Assembly: GCA_963840455.1 (NCBI GenBank)
Contig: CAWIYV010000007.1
Location: 384,001-448,000 of the forward strand
Origin: Nitrospirota bacterium
GTDB lineage: Bacteria; Nitrospirota; UBA9217
Direction: 5' to 3'
Length of the DNA: 64,000 bases
How positions within the stretch are numbered: the stretch's first letter is position 1; every line of letters starts with the position of its first letter. This document shows, piece by piece, positions 9,560 through 20,128 of this stretch. Made by a program: the position numbers and the translations under genes. The notes beneath the pieces are model-generated. The model was not told the origin of the DNA. It saw only the letters and a program-made list of their open reading frames with translations, and searched no databases.

Positions 9560-12019
9560 ATGGCGACGTCGGCCGATCATGCGGTCCCCTGTGACCATTG
9601 CCTCCTGCCGGTCGCGGAACGGGACGCGGTCTTCGACGACCGTCCTTCTGGCCGGAAGGTCTTCTGCTGCCATGCCTGCCGTGCCATCTACCGGATGATC
9701 CAGGACGAGGGTCTGGGAGAGTTCTACCAAAAACGCGAATGGCAAACGTCCGGCATACCGAAACCACTCCGCACATCCGGCGATACCGGTCCGATAATTC
9801 CTCATGAGGACGCTGCGGCCCTTGTGACCTTCATCAGGGGGGACGGCCTTGTCAAAGAGGTAGACCTCATGATCGACGGCATCCGGTGCGCATCCTGCAT
9901 CTGGTTGAACGAGAAGGTCCTTGAACGGACTCCGGGGATCGTCTCGGCCCGGGTGAACTTTGCCACCCACCGCGCGCTGGTCCGCTGGGACAGTTCCCAG
10001 ATCACCCTGGGACGGATCCTGTCGCGCATCATGTCCATCGGGTACCTGGCCAGGACCTATACACCGGCCGCGCAGGAGGCGTCGCTCAAACAACAGAACC
10101 GCGACCTGCTGCTCCGCTTCGGGACTGCATCGTTCTTCTCCATGCAGCTCATGCTCCTTTCCTTCGGGCTCTATGCGGGGTTCTTCCAGGGCATCGATCC
10201 GGTCACCAAACAATGGCTCGAATACGGCGCCCTGCTGGTCTGTACGCCGGTGCTGTTCTATTCCGGCTGGCCATTCTTGAAAAGCGCCCTTCGTGGGGTC
10301 CGGAACAGGACCCTGAACATGGACGTCTTGATCAGCCTGGGGGCGTTCTCGGCGTATATATTGAGCATCCGCCAGATGCTCAGGGGAGGAGAGGTCTATT
10401 TCGACACCGCGGCAATGATCGTCACTCTCGTGCTGCTCGGCAGGCTGCTCGAGAACTCGGCTAAGCACAAGGCCTCCGAGGCGGTCTCGCGCCTCCTGGC
10501 GCTCCAGCCGCAGGATGCGCGGTTGGTCCAGGGGACCAGCCGCGTTATCGTGCCTGCCGCGGAGGTCAGGAAAGGGGACCTGATCGAGATACTGCCCGGC
10601 GAGAAGGTCCCGCTGGACGGCATCGTGCGACAGGGGGCGTCCGAGGCCGATGAATCGCTCGTCACGGGCGAGTCGGGGCCTGTGGAAAAATCGATCGGCT
10701 CCGAAGTGATCGGCGGCTCATTGAACGGATTGGGGCTGCTGGTCATCGAAGTCACCCGTATCGGTCAGGATACGGTCATCGCCCAGATCGCCCGGCTCGT
10801 GGAGCAGGCCCAGGCAGCGACAGCGCCGGTCCAGAGGTTCGCAGATCGAGTATCGGCATATTTCATTCCTTTCGTTCTCGCAGCCTCCGGCCTCACCTTC
10901 TGGTATTGGTCCCAACAGGTCTCTGTTGACCAGTCCCTGCTCAATGCCGTATCGGTCCTGGTCATTGCCTGTCCATGCGCCCTTGGACTAGCCACGCCGG
11001 TGGCTGTCCTGGCAGGCACGGGTTCCGCTGCCCGGAAGGGCATCCTCATCAAAGGCGGGGACATCCTTGAACGCATGCATAAGGTTGATACGGTCGTCCT
11101 GGACAAGACCGGAACGATCACGACAGGGAAAATGAGCGTTGTTGACGTTATTGCCACTAAATCCGCAATCCGAAATCCGCAATCCGAAATTTTTCAGTGC
11201 GCCGCGTCGGCAGAGCAGGGGTCGGAACATCTTATGGGTTCCGCCATAGTACGACATGCCCGTGAACAGCATGTTCATCTCTTCCCGTTCGACGCATTCA
11301 GGGCGTTTCCCGGACAAGGGGTAGAGGCTTCGGTACGAGGGACACGCGTTCTCGTCGGAAAAAGAGTGTTCCTGGAGGCCAATGGCATCACGATAGGTCC
11401 AGCGACCGTGCAGGAGGCGGAACAACTTGAACAGACCGGCAAGACCGTTGTAGGGGTTGCGCGCGGAGAGGAATTCCTCGGGTTCCTTGCCTTGATGGAT
11501 GCTCCCAAAGAGGATGCAAAAGAGGCTGTCGGCCTGTTGAAAAGAATGAATATAGATGTTACGATGGTCACCGGAGACAATATTGGGACAGCAAAGGCCA
11601 TTGCAGACCAGACGGGAGTTACCTCGATCATCGCCGGAGTTCTACCCGAAGGGAAGTCGGAAGAGATCGCCAGACTGCGGGTCCAGGGAAGGGTGATCGC
11701 CATGGCAGGTGACGGGATCAATGATGCGCCCGCGCTCGTTGCTGCGGATATCGGTATCGCCATGGCATCGGGTTCAGATATCGCCATGGAATCAGCTGAC
11801 GTGGTGCTTATGCGGTCCGACCTGAAAAGCGTGGTACAGGCCATCGAGCTTTCTCGAACAACGTTCCGGATCATCAAACAAAACCTGTTCTGGGCGTTCT
11901 TTTATAATGGTGCGGCAATACCGATTGCCATGGCGGGAATGTTGAACCCGATCGTGGCCGCTGCTGCAATGGCAATAAGTTCCGTGACCGTGGTGTTGAA
12001 TTCGTTAAGAATCAGGTAA
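9560..12019 (+). CDS. ccoI: CcoI/FixI Cu-translocating P1B-type ATPase
   Basis: CDHC/FCCHAC N-terminus, CASC metal site, CPCALGLATP, DKTGT, SEH, GDGINDAP. Confidence 0.92.
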   Translation: MATSADHAVPCDHCLLPVAERDAVFDDRPSGRKVFCCHACRAIYRMIQDEGLGEFYQKREWQTSGIPKPLRTSGDTGPIIPHEDAAALVTFIRGDGLVKEVDLMIDGIRCASCIWLNEKVLERTPGIVSARVNFATHRALVRWDSSQITLGRILSRIMSIGYLARTYTPAAQEASLKQQNRDLLLRFGTASFFSMQLMLLSFGLYAGFFQGIDPVTKQWLEYGALLVCTPVLFYSGWPFLKSALRGVRNRTLNMDVLISLGAFSAYILSIRQMLRGGEVYFDTAAMIVTLVLLGRLLENSAKHKASEAVSRLLALQPQDARLVQGTSRVIVPAAEVRKGDLIEILPGEKVPLDGIVRQGASEADESLVTGESGPVEKSIGSEVIGGSLNGLGLLVIEVTRIGQDTVIAQIARLVEQAQAATAPVQRFADRVSAYFIPFVLAASGLTFWYWSQQVSVDQSLLNAVSVLVIACPCALGLATPVAVLAGTGSAARKGILIKGGDILERMHKVDTVVLDKTGTITTGKMSVVDVIATKSAIRNPQSEIFQCAASAEQGSEHLMGSAIVRHAREQHVHLFPFDAFRAFPGQGVEASVRGTRVLVGKRVFLEANGITIGPATVQEAEQLEQTGKTVVGVARGEEFLGFLALMDAPKEDAKEAVGLLKRMNIDVTMVTGDNIGTAKAIADQTGVTSIIAGVLPEGKSEEIARLRVQGRVIAMAGDGINDAPALVAADIGIAMASGSDIAMESADVVLMRSDLKSVVQAIELSRTTFRIIKQNLFWAFFYNGAAIPIAMAGMLNPIVAAAAMAISSVTVVLNSLRIR
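11159..11190 (+). repeat. Heptamer-period tandem repeat inside ccoI
   Basis: (AAATCCGCAATCCG)x2 + AAAT, encoding KSAIRNPQSEI. Confidence 0.85.
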
Positions 12020-12127
12020 TGTAAAGAAACAAGGAGCTCTGACAGGATTGACAGGATATTAAGAATAACTTTAAATTCATCAATTTATCCGATTTTATCC
12101 TGTAGTCCTGTCAAGAAAGGTTGTCGT

Positions 12128-12271
12128 ATGCTCTGGACGATCGTCGCGCTCATCATTCTCATGTTCTTTGTCGGCCTCGCCGGTTGGTTCATCTTCCTCT
12201 GGGCGGTCAAGTCCGGCCAGTTCGACGATATAGAACGGCCCAAGCACCGTATGATGGATGATGATAGCTAA
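12128..12271 (+). CDS. ccoS: cbb3 maturation protein CcoS (47 aa; below the ORF-track cutoff)
   Basis: Translated by hand: MLWTIVALIILMFFVGLAGWFIFLWAVKSGQFDDIERPKHRMMDDDS; hallmark WAVKSGQFDD. Confidence 0.92.
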   Translation: MLWTIVALIILMFFVGLAGWFIFLWAVKSGQFDDIERPKHRMMDDDS

Positions 12272-12324
12272 ATGCAAATAACTTGGCGTATTCGTCAGTG
12301 TTTAGAATCGAATAATCAGTGTCT

Positions 12325-13008
12325 ATGTATATCGAAATCTTCCTCATCGGCCTATTCGGCAGCATGCACTGCATCGGCATGTGCGGCGGATTTGTTGCGA
12401 TGTATTCTCTCAAGAGCCCGTCCGCCCGACCGTCATTGCCTTACCATCTTCTGTACAATCTTGGAAGGATAACCACCTATTCCATCATCGGCGGAATACT
12501 GGGGTACATCGGTTCCTTTGCCGCATACATCGGCAGACACCGGGGTGTTCCCGGTGCTGTGCTGCTCGTCGCAGGCGTGTTCATGATCTTGATGGGTCTG
12601 AACATAGCCGGGATGCTCGGCAAGAGGGAACTTTTCGATGATACCGGGATAACCGAACGAACATTCTTCCGTGAGGCACTCCATACGATACTTGCCTTGG
12701 AATCGGCCTGGGGTACGCTCCTACTCGGACTGTTGCTGGGATTCCTGCCCTGCGGGCTTCTCTATCCGGTCTTGATGCAAGCGGCGGCAAGCAGCGGTTT
12801 CATCAGCGGCATGGTCATCATGCTTGTCTTCGGCGTCGGTACCGTGCCTGCGATGCTCTCGTTCGGCTTCCTGATATCCAGGATCCAGCCCCATAGGAAA
12901 CTCTTTCTGTACCGCATCGCTGCCGTCCTTATCATCATCCTCGGCCTGCAATCCCTGCTGCGCGGTATGGCCTTCAACGGCTGGATAGCCCACGGAAAAT
13001 ACTGGTAA
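12325..13008 (+). CDS. DsbD_2/TauE-like membrane protein of cco clusters
   Basis: GSMHCIGMCGG, YNLGRITTY, GFLPCGLLY, FGVGTVP. Confidence 0.88.
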   Translation: MYIEIFLIGLFGSMHCIGMCGGFVAMYSLKSPSARPSLPYHLLYNLGRITTYSIIGGILGYIGSFAAYIGRHRGVPGAVLLVAGVFMILMGLNIAGMLGKRELFDDTGITERTFFREALHTILALESAWGTLLLGLLLGFLPCGLLYPVLMQAAASSGFISGMVIMLVFGVGTVPAMLSFGFLISRIQPHRKLFLYRIAAVLIIILGLQSLLRGMAFNGWIAHGKYW

Positions 13009-13037
13009 ACCCTTCCTTTCCGTCCCGGAAAAAGCGC

Positions 13038-13097
13038 TTGACAATATACGGTCAACAAGGTAATGTATGCATTCTAATTAATTAACCGTTCGGTTAA
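13038..13097 (+). promoter_or_regulatory. Promoter plus palindromic TetR operator
   Basis: TTGACA(13038)-N17-TAATGT; perfect inverted repeat TTAACCG-TT-CGGTTAA at 13082-13097 just before the tetR start. Confidence 0.7.
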
Positions 13098-13103
13098 ATC
13101 AAT

Positions 13104-13799
13104 ATGAACACCATCAAACGAAAATCCTTGAAGACCGCGGTTGGCAGGCGGCCGAAGCCCACAAACCCCGATCAGGACTCACGTGCCGCCATCTTGAAAG
13201 CGGCCCGAACCGTGTTCGCTCGAAGGGGGTTCGAAGGCGCGTCGACCCGTGAAGTCGCCGATGTCGCGCGCGTGAACAATGCGATGATCTACTATCATTT
13301 CAAAGACAAGGTCGAGCTTTACCGGGCGGTCCTGGCCGATTCGTTCACCGCATTCGACCGCATCTGGGAACATGAGATGTTCAGTTCGCAGGCGACGACA
13401 CGGGAGAAGATCCAGAAATATATAGAAGAGTTCATACGGTTCCAGCACGGAAATGAGGAGCTGCGAAGGATCATGTCCATGGAGTTCGCCGGCTGTACGA
13501 AGAACACGAAATGGCTTGCTGACAATTATTTCGTCCATAGTTACGAAAAGTTGGTGACGCTCTTGAAGGAAGGGATGAAACGGGGCGAATTGAAGAAGAT
13601 CGATCCGGCTATGGCGATACCAAGCCTGGTCGGAATGATCATTCACAGCTTTATCATGAGGCCCATCGCCGAACAGGTCATCGGCAAGAAGTTGGACCTG
13701 ACCGCAGAACGGTTCGGGAAGTTCGTCACCGGCATGTTCTTCGAGGGGCTCTGTTGCGATGAGGGAACGATACCATTCCGGCAGGGGGCATCTTCATGA
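13104..13799 (+). CDS. TetR/AcrR family regulator
   Basis: ILKAARTVFARRGFEGASTREVA...IYYHFKDK. Confidence 0.93.
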   Translation: MNTIKRKSLKTAVGRRPKPTNPDQDSRAAILKAARTVFARRGFEGASTREVADVARVNNAMIYYHFKDKVELYRAVLADSFTAFDRIWEHEMFSSQATTREKIQKYIEEFIRFQHGNEELRRIMSMEFAGCTKNTKWLADNYFVHSYEKLVTLLKEGMKRGELKKIDPAMAIPSLVGMIIHSFIMRPIAEQVIGKKLDLTAERFGKFVTGMFFEGLCCDEGTIPFRQGASS

Positions 13800-15094
13800 A
13801 ATTACATGCACTATCCCTGGTCCTGCTGCTTGCGTTGGCCGTTCCACCGGCTGCGAGAGCTGCTCAGAGCATCACGCTGCAGGATGCCTATGACGCCGCC
13901 CTCACGTCTCATGAAACGGTGAAGATCTACCAGGAGAACACGGTCCAGGCGGACAGCAAGGTCGACCAGGCATGGACCTACATCTACCCCAAGGTGACGG
14001 GGCAAGGCTCCTACCTGCGTTATAACGAGACACTTCCCCCGAACGGAGGGGCTCTCATCTTTCAACCGCTCGGGCAGCTCCAGGCGGCAGTGGTATTGAC
14101 CCAGCCGTTGTATACCGGCGGCAGGGCGCTGGCTGCCCTCCGGGCCGCCAAGACGATGCAGAAATCCAGCAGGGACGATCTTTCGTCGACGAAGCAGAGC
14201 CTCCTGCTGAGCGTATCCGAGGCCTATTATGCCGTTCTCCGCTCGCAACGGGTCGTTGAGGTGAGCAGGGGAGCGCTTGAGCGTATGGAACGCCACAAGA
14301 AAGTCACGGAGCGGGAAGCTGCGACGCGACGGACCAAGGCCAATGTTTCGGCGCTGCTGCGGGCCAATACGCTGGTGGACCAGGCGCGGATCTTCCTCGT
14401 AACGGCGGAGAGCAACCTGAAAACGGCCAGGCAGAGGCTCAACCTGCTGACGCAACTGCCAGAGGACGCGGCCGTCGCCGATCCCGCTGCCCTGCAGGCT
14501 CCTCCGGAACCCGTGCAGAAGCTCCAGGAACAGGCCCTGAAGGACCGGGATGACTATGTAAGCTCCCAGCTGGGTCAGAATGTTGCGAAGGAGAATGTCG
14601 CCATTACGAGGGGGGCCCATTATCCTCAGATCTATGCAGAAGGCGGGATACGGTATATGGACTCGAATCCCGCGACCCTGATGGATGCCACGACCTATTA
14701 CGGGGGCGTCGTCTTGCAGGTCCCTATCTTCGAAGGCGGGCTGATGAAGGCCGAGGTCGCTGAGGCGCGTTCCAAGCAGCGCCAGTCCGAGTTGTCCACG
14801 GAGCTCCTGAAGCGGACCATTCAGAACGAGGTCGCCGAGGCATATCTCAACTATCAGACGCTCAGTACCGTGCTCGAAACGACAAAAACCCAGTTCGAAT
14901 CTGCGCGCAAGAACTTTGATACGGTCGAAAGCCTTTTTTCCGAGGGACTGCTCCCAAGCCTTTCGGTCATTGACGCGCAGCAGGCGTTGTTCCTCGCCGA
15001 ACGGGAGCTGGTGGCAGCCTCCATCGAACAGCAGCTGGCGATCCTGAGGCTCCAGAGGTCCATCGGCGTGCTCGGAAAACAGACGAGATCATAG
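13796..15094 (+). CDS. TolC-family outer-membrane efflux protein
   Basis: Signal peptide; two OEP repeats (YPKV...QPLYTGG; YPQI...VPIFEGG). Confidence 0.88.
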   Translation: MKLHALSLVLLLALAVPPAARAAQSITLQDAYDAALTSHETVKIYQENTVQADSKVDQAWTYIYPKVTGQGSYLRYNETLPPNGGALIFQPLGQLQAAVVLTQPLYTGGRALAALRAAKTMQKSSRDDLSSTKQSLLLSVSEAYYAVLRSQRVVEVSRGALERMERHKKVTEREAATRRTKANVSALLRANTLVDQARIFLVTAESNLKTARQRLNLLTQLPEDAAVADPAALQAPPEPVQKLQEQALKDRDDYVSSQLGQNVAKENVAITRGAHYPQIYAEGGIRYMDSNPATLMDATTYYGGVVLQVPIFEGGLMKAEVAEARSKQRQSELSTELLKRTIQNEVAEAYLNYQTLSTVLETTKTQFESARKNFDTVESLFSEGLLPSLSVIDAQQALFLAERELVAASIEQQLAILRLQRSIGVLGKQTRS

Positions 15095-15107
15095 GACAAG
15101 GATACCC

Positions 15108-18100
15108 ATGAAACTTCCTGAGATATCGATCAAGCGTCCCGTATTCATGACCATGGTAGGCCTTGCGCTCATCGTGTTCGGCCTGGTGGCGTTCCCGAAG
15201 CTTGCCCTTGATCTCTTTCCGAAGATCGACTTCCCAGTGGTGAACATTACGACGAAGCTGGTCGGCGCGAGCCCCGAGATCATGGAAGTCGACGTTACGG
15301 ACATCGTCGAAGAGGCCGTGAACACGATCAACGGCGTCAAGTCCATCACGTCCCGGAGCATGGAGGAATATTCCATCGTCACCGTGGAGTTCTTCCTCGA
15401 GCGCAATCTCGAACAGTCCGCCCAGGATGTGCGGGACAAAGTGGCCGCTGTTCGCAACCGCCTCCCGAAGGACACGGAGCCGCCGGTGATCGAAAAGATC
15501 AGCCCCGAGGACCAGCCCATCGTCTGGATCGCGGTCTGGGGCGACCGGTCCGTCAAGGACCTGACGCATTATGCCGACAAGGTATTGAAGCGCGACATCG
15601 AGAAGATCCCCGGTGTGGGATCGGTTACGATCAGCGGCGGCCGGACCCGTCAGATACGCTTCTGGCTGGACCGGAAAAAGCTGGAGTCTGTGTCGCTCAC
15701 GGCGGACGATGTGAAACAAGCGCTTGGTCTGGAGCACCGCGAGGTCCCGGGAGGCCGGATCGAGAACCACCGCATTGAGTACATTGTCAAGACCAAGGGC
15801 GAATATGAGACTCCCGCGTCGTTCAACGATATGGTGATCACCTACCGGCACGGCAGGCTCATCAGGCTTCGGGATATCGGGAGGGCGGAGGACGGACTGG
15901 AGGACGAGCGTTCAATCACGCGGTTCAATGGCAAGACGAGCGTCGGCCTTTCGGTCAAGCGCCAATCAGGCGAGAATACCGTCGCGGTCGCGGAGCGGGT
16001 CAAGGCAGCCGTTGCCGCCACCCGTCCGCCGCAGGGCATGAAACTGGACATCACCTTTGACCAGTCGAAGTTCATCCGCCGTTCCATCGAGGATGTCCAG
16101 ATATCGCTCTGGCTCGGCGCAGGCCTCGCCGTTCTCATTATCTTCGTCTTTCTCAGGAGCGTCCGGAGCACGTTGATCAGCGCCGTGGCGCTACCCACGT
16201 CGGTGATTGCGACCTTTGCCTTCATCCAGGTCTTCGGATTCACCCTGAACATCATGACCATGCTCGGTCTGTCGCTCTCCATCGGCATCCTGATCGACGA
16301 CTCTATCGTGGTGCTCGAGAACATCTACCGCAGGATGGAGGAAGGGGAGCCGCCGATGCAGGCATCGCAGGAAGGAGCCTCAGAGATCGGCCTGGCGGTC
16401 ATGGCCACTACCCTGTCCATCGTGGCCGTGTTTGTGCCCGTGGCGTTCATGAAGGGCATTGTGGGCAAGTTCTTTTTCGAGTTCGGCATCACGGTCACGG
16501 TTGCGGTCCTGATCTCCCTGTTCGTATCCCTGACGCTCACGCCCATGCTGACCTCCCGGTTCCTGAGCTACACCAAGAAGCATGGCAAGGTCTATCTGTT
16601 CATCGAGAAAGGCTTCGACGCGGTGTTCGGTGTCTATCGCCCGCTTCTTGGATGGGCGCTCCGGAACCGTTGGAAGGTCATTCTGATGGCGCTGGCCAGC
16701 GTTGTCGCAGGCATTGCCCTCTTCATGGTCCTGGGCAAGGAATTCCTGCCGGCCGAGGACCAGGGACGGTACATGGTAAGGTTGGAGACGCCCATAGACT
16801 ATTCGCTGTCGCGCGCCGACAGCGCCATGCGGAAGATAGACGAGCAGCTCCGTCTGCGGCCGGAGGTGCTGAGCACCTTCTATGTCACCGGTTCCGACCT
16901 CACTCCCGATATCAACAAGAGCCGGATCTACGTGAACATGAAGGAGCGGAAGGACCGGAGCATCATACAGATCGACTCGATGAAGCAGGTACGCGATTCT
17001 CTTGCAAGCCTGCCGGACATCAAGCCGTCGGTGGAAATGATCGCCATGGTAGGGGGCGGCATGCGGTCGGTCCCGATCCAGCTCATGATCCAGGGAAGGG
17101 ACATCGAGGACCTGAACAAACGGACGCTCGCCATTAGGGACGAGTTCGCGAAACTGCCCGGCATCGTGGACGTGGACACGTCCATCGAGACCGGCAAGCC
17201 CGAGGTGCGGGTCCATATCGATCGCGAGAAAGCGGCGAATTTCGGGGTGAGCGCCGCGTCCATCGGGAACACGGTCAATACCATGATCGGCGGAGAGATC
17301 GTGGGCAAGTATAAGGACGAAAAGGAAGGCGAGCGCTACGACATCGTGGCGCGCCTGACAGCCCCGGAAAGGGACCAACCCTCTGCCCTGGATATGCTCT
17401 GGGTCCGCTCATCAACAGGCGAACTGGTGCGCATGAAGGATGTTACCAGCATCGAGACCGGAAAGGGCCCCACCATCATCATGCACTATAACCGGCAGCG
17501 GGCCGCCACACTGTTCGCGGGAACGGAAAAGACCAAGCCCATGGCCGGGGCCATGACCGATCTTGACAAGATCGTCAAGAAGAACATAAGCCCTGATATT
17601 TCCACCCGGTACGTTGGCATGGCCGACGCCATGCTGGACGCCTTCAAGAACATCGCCTTTGCCCTGGTTATCGCGATCATCATGGTCTACATGATCCTGG
17701 CGTCCCAGTTCGAGAGCTTCGTGCATCCCTTTACGATCATGTTCTCGCTGCCCGTGAGCCTCATCGGCGCCATGGGGCTCCTTATGGTCACGGGAGAGCG
17801 GATCAGCATATACAGCCTTATCGGCATCATCATGCTCATGGGCCTGGTGACCAAGAACGCCATTCTTCTGGTCGACTATACCATTACGCTCCGGAGCAGG
17901 GGAATGGGGCGGGATGATGCGCTTCTGAAAGCCGGTCCAGTCCGGCTCCGGCCGATCATCATGACCACAGCAGCCATGGTATTCGGCATGCTGCCGACAG
18001 CCCTCAAGATCGGGGAAGGAGCTGAGTCCCGGGCACCCATGGCCATTGCCGTCATCGGCGGCCTGATAACCTCAACACTGCTCACCTTGGTGGTCGTACC

Positions 18101-18164
18101 GGTTGTCTACACCCTCATCGATGACCTTGAGAATAAGTTTAGAAAGAAAAGCTTAACTAATTGA
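15108..18164 (+). CDS. RND efflux permease (AcrB/AcrD/AcrF family)
   Basis: [48 protein letters not shown]. Confidence 0.95.
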   Translation: MKLPEISIKRPVFMTMVGLALIVFGLVAFPKLALDLFPKIDFPVVNITTKLVGASPEIMEVDVTDIVEEAVNTINGVKSITSRSMEEYSIVTVEFFLERNLEQSAQDVRDKVAAVRNRLPKDTEPPVIEKISPEDQPIVWIAVWGDRSVKDLTHYADKVLKRDIEKIPGVGSVTISGGRTRQIRFWLDRKKLESVSLTADDVKQALGLEHREVPGGRIENHRIEYIVKTKGEYETPASFNDMVITYRHGRLIRLRDIGRAEDGLEDERSITRFNGKTSVGLSVKRQSGENTVAVAERVKAAVAATRPPQGMKLDITFDQSKFIRRSIEDVQISLWLGAGLAVLIIFVFLRSVRSTLISAVALPTSVIATFAFIQVFGFTLNIMTMLGLSLSIGILIDDSIVVLENIYRRMEEGEPPMQASQEGASEIGLAVMATTLSIVAVFVPVAFMKGIVGKFFFEFGITVTVAVLISLFVSLTLTPMLTSRFLSYTKKHGKVYLFIEKGFDAVFGVYRPLLGWALRNRWKVILMALASVVAGIALFMVLGKEFLPAEDQGRYMVRLETPIDYSLSRADSAMRKIDEQLRLRPEVLSTFYVTGSDLTPDINKSRIYVNMKERKDRSIIQIDSMKQVRDSLASLPDIKPSVEMIAMVGGGMRSVPIQLMIQGRDIEDLNKRTLAIRDEFAKLPGIVDVDTSIETGKPEVRVHIDREKAANFGVSAASIGNTVNTMIGGEIVGKYKDEKEGERYDIVARLTAPERDQPSALDMLWVRSSTGELVRMKDVTSIETGKGPTIIMHYNRQRAATLFAGTEKTKPMAGAMTDLDKIVKKNISPDISTRYVGMADAMLDAFKNIAFALVIAIIMVYMILASQFESFVHPFTIMFSLPVSLIGAMGLLMVTGERISIYSLIGIIMLMGLVTKNAILLVDYTITLRSRGMGRDDALLKAGPVRLRPIIMTTAAMVFGMLPTALKIGEGAESRAPMAIAVIGGLITSTLLTLVVVPVVYTLIDDLENKFRKKSLTN

Positions 18165-18250
18165 AAGTATATGATATAATCATGCATTCGACAACCTCCA
18201 GTGTTACATGATGATATTGGCTTTTGTTTCTATATGGTGGGTAGATACTA

Positions 18251-19072
18251 ATGTTAAAACTCGGCCACATAATCTATTCGAACTGCTTCCCCGTCCATGC
18301 CGGGATCCTGACCGGGAAGGTCGCCTGCCCTTTTCCGATCGTGGAAGGCATACCGACCGAACTGAACCGGGCCCTCGTCGAGGGCAAGATCGATGTTTCG
18401 CCATCGTCGTCGATCGAGTACGCCACTTACCCGGGCAAGTACCGCATCCTGTCCGGCTTGTCGATCACTTCCCGAAACAAGGTCATGAGCATCCTGCTCG
18501 AGAGCCGGCTACCCCTGGACGAGTTGAACAATAAGACCGTTGCCCTGACCACGGCATCGGCCACCTCGGTCGTCCTGCTCAGGGTGATCCTCGAGCTCTT
18601 TACCGGAGTGAACCCCGACTTCATGCTGTACGAGCAGGGAGTAGAGGATCCTTACGACCGGGCGGACGCGGTCCTGACCATCGGCGACCTCGCCCTTAAG
18701 CGTTCCGTCAGGCCCCGTTTCCCTCATGCCTATGACCTCGGCGAGCTCTGGTACCAGCAGACCGGTCTGCCCTTCGTGTTCGCGCTGTGGCAGGTGAACT
18801 ACCGGAAAGCGATCGAGCAGGACCTGGCACGGCTTGCCGATATTCTCACGGAGTCAAAACAGTACGGTATGTCCAGCCTGCGCGAGCTGGCGAACGGGCA
18901 CGCTGCGGGCTTCGGGATCTCAGCGGATATGCTTTTTCAGTACTGGAACTGCTTCAGCTACGACTTCGGTCCCGAAGAGCAGAAGGGGCTCCTGACCTAC
19001 TACGGGTACGCAGCGGAACTGGGGGCCATCGATGCCGTGCCGGAGCTCCGGATATGGAGGAAGGGAGCATGA
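18251..19072 (+). CDS. mqnA: Chorismate dehydratase (futalosine menaquinone pathway)
   Basis: LGHIIYSNCFP, PTELN, SSIEY, SATS, IGDLAL, DLGELW..TGLPFVFALW. Confidence 0.88.
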   Translation: MLKLGHIIYSNCFPVHAGILTGKVACPFPIVEGIPTELNRALVEGKIDVSPSSSIEYATYPGKYRILSGLSITSRNKVMSILLESRLPLDELNNKTVALTTASATSVVLLRVILELFTGVNPDFMLYEQGVEDPYDRADAVLTIGDLALKRSVRPRFPHAYDLGELWYQQTGLPFVFALWQVNYRKAIEQDLARLADILTESKQYGMSSLRELANGHAAGFGISADMLFQYWNCFSYDFGPEEQKGLLTYYGYAAELGAIDAVPELRIWRKGA

Positions 19073-20058
19073 CGGCACCGTTGCGGCAGATGGATCACCA
19101 CGGCCATGACCACGGGAATGCTCATGAACATGATCATGCCGGGGGCCATGTCGCCCACGCGGGTGCGGGCGGAAGGAAAGGGCTTCTGATCGCCCTCAGC
19201 ATCACCCTGTTCATGATGCTCGCCGAGATCGTCGGCGGCATCATGTCCAACAGCCTTGCGCTCTTGTCCGATGCAGGCCACATGTTCACCGACACCCTGG
19301 CGCTCGCCCTGTCGTTCTTCGCCATGAAATTTGCGGACATGCCGGCGACGGAGAAGAAGACCTATGGCTTCTACCGCCTCGAGATCCTCGCGGCGCTCCT
19401 GAACGGCGTGATCCTCGTGCTCATTTCCCTCTACATCATCTACGAGGCATACCAGCGCATCCTGAACCCGCCTGCCGTGCAGGGGGCGCTGATGCTGATC
19501 GTGGCCGTAATCGGCCTGATCGTCAACATCATCGGCGCCCTGTTCCTGGTGAAACACCGTCATTCTACACTCAACATCCGGAGCGCGTTCCTGCACATCA
19601 TCGGCGACGCGGTATCATCCGTCGGCGTCATCATCGGCGGCGTGGTGATCTATTACACCGGCTGGTTCCTCATTGACCCGGTGCTGAGCATCATGATCGC
19701 TCTCGGTATCATTGCCGGCTCCTACGGCTTGGTGACAGAATCGGTGAACATCCTGCTCGAGTCCGCACCGTCCCATATCAACATCGAAGCTGTGGCTGCT
19801 GAGATCGCCACGGTGAACGGCGTTCGCGAGGCATACCACGTCCACATTTGGACCATAACCTCGGGCGTCTATGCCCTGAGCGCCCACGTCATCATTGATG
19901 ACATGCCGGTGAGCGGCAGCAGGGAACTGTTGAAGGATATCCAGCACCGTCTCGCGGAGCGCTTCAAGATCATCCACAGCACCATCCAGTTCGAATGCGA
20001 ACGGTGCGTCGAGAGCGGGGTCTGTCCGCTCCCTGATGATGTGAAAAACCACCGGTAA
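19069..20058 (+). CDS. Cation diffusion facilitator (CzcD/ZitB-like) with His-rich N-terminus
   Basis: SLALLSDAGHMFTD, TYGFYRLEILAA, NIRSAFLHIIGD; start ATG at 19069 overlaps the mqnA stop. Confidence 0.92.
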   Translation: MTAPLRQMDHHGHDHGNAHEHDHAGGHVAHAGAGGRKGLLIALSITLFMMLAEIVGGIMSNSLALLSDAGHMFTDTLALALSFFAMKFADMPATEKKTYGFYRLEILAALLNGVILVLISLYIIYEAYQRILNPPAVQGALMLIVAVIGLIVNIIGALFLVKHRHSTLNIRSAFLHIIGDAVSSVGVIIGGVVIYYTGWFLIDPVLSIMIALGIIAGSYGLVTESVNILLESAPSHINIEAVAAEIATVNGVREAYHVHIWTITSGVYALSAHVIIDDMPVSGSRELLKDIQHRLAERFKIIHSTIQFECERCVESGVCPLPDDVKNHR

Positions 20059-20071
20059 CTCCCCATATTCC

Positions 20072-20100
20072 TTGACTTAATTATCTGTATTCGCTACACT
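20072..20100 (+). promoter_or_regulatory. Sigma70 promoter of the sphingolipid operon
   Basis: TTGACT-N17-TACACT. Confidence 0.65.
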
Positions 20101-20128
20101 GTCGGAGCTTTTTCAGCAGTCATATCAT

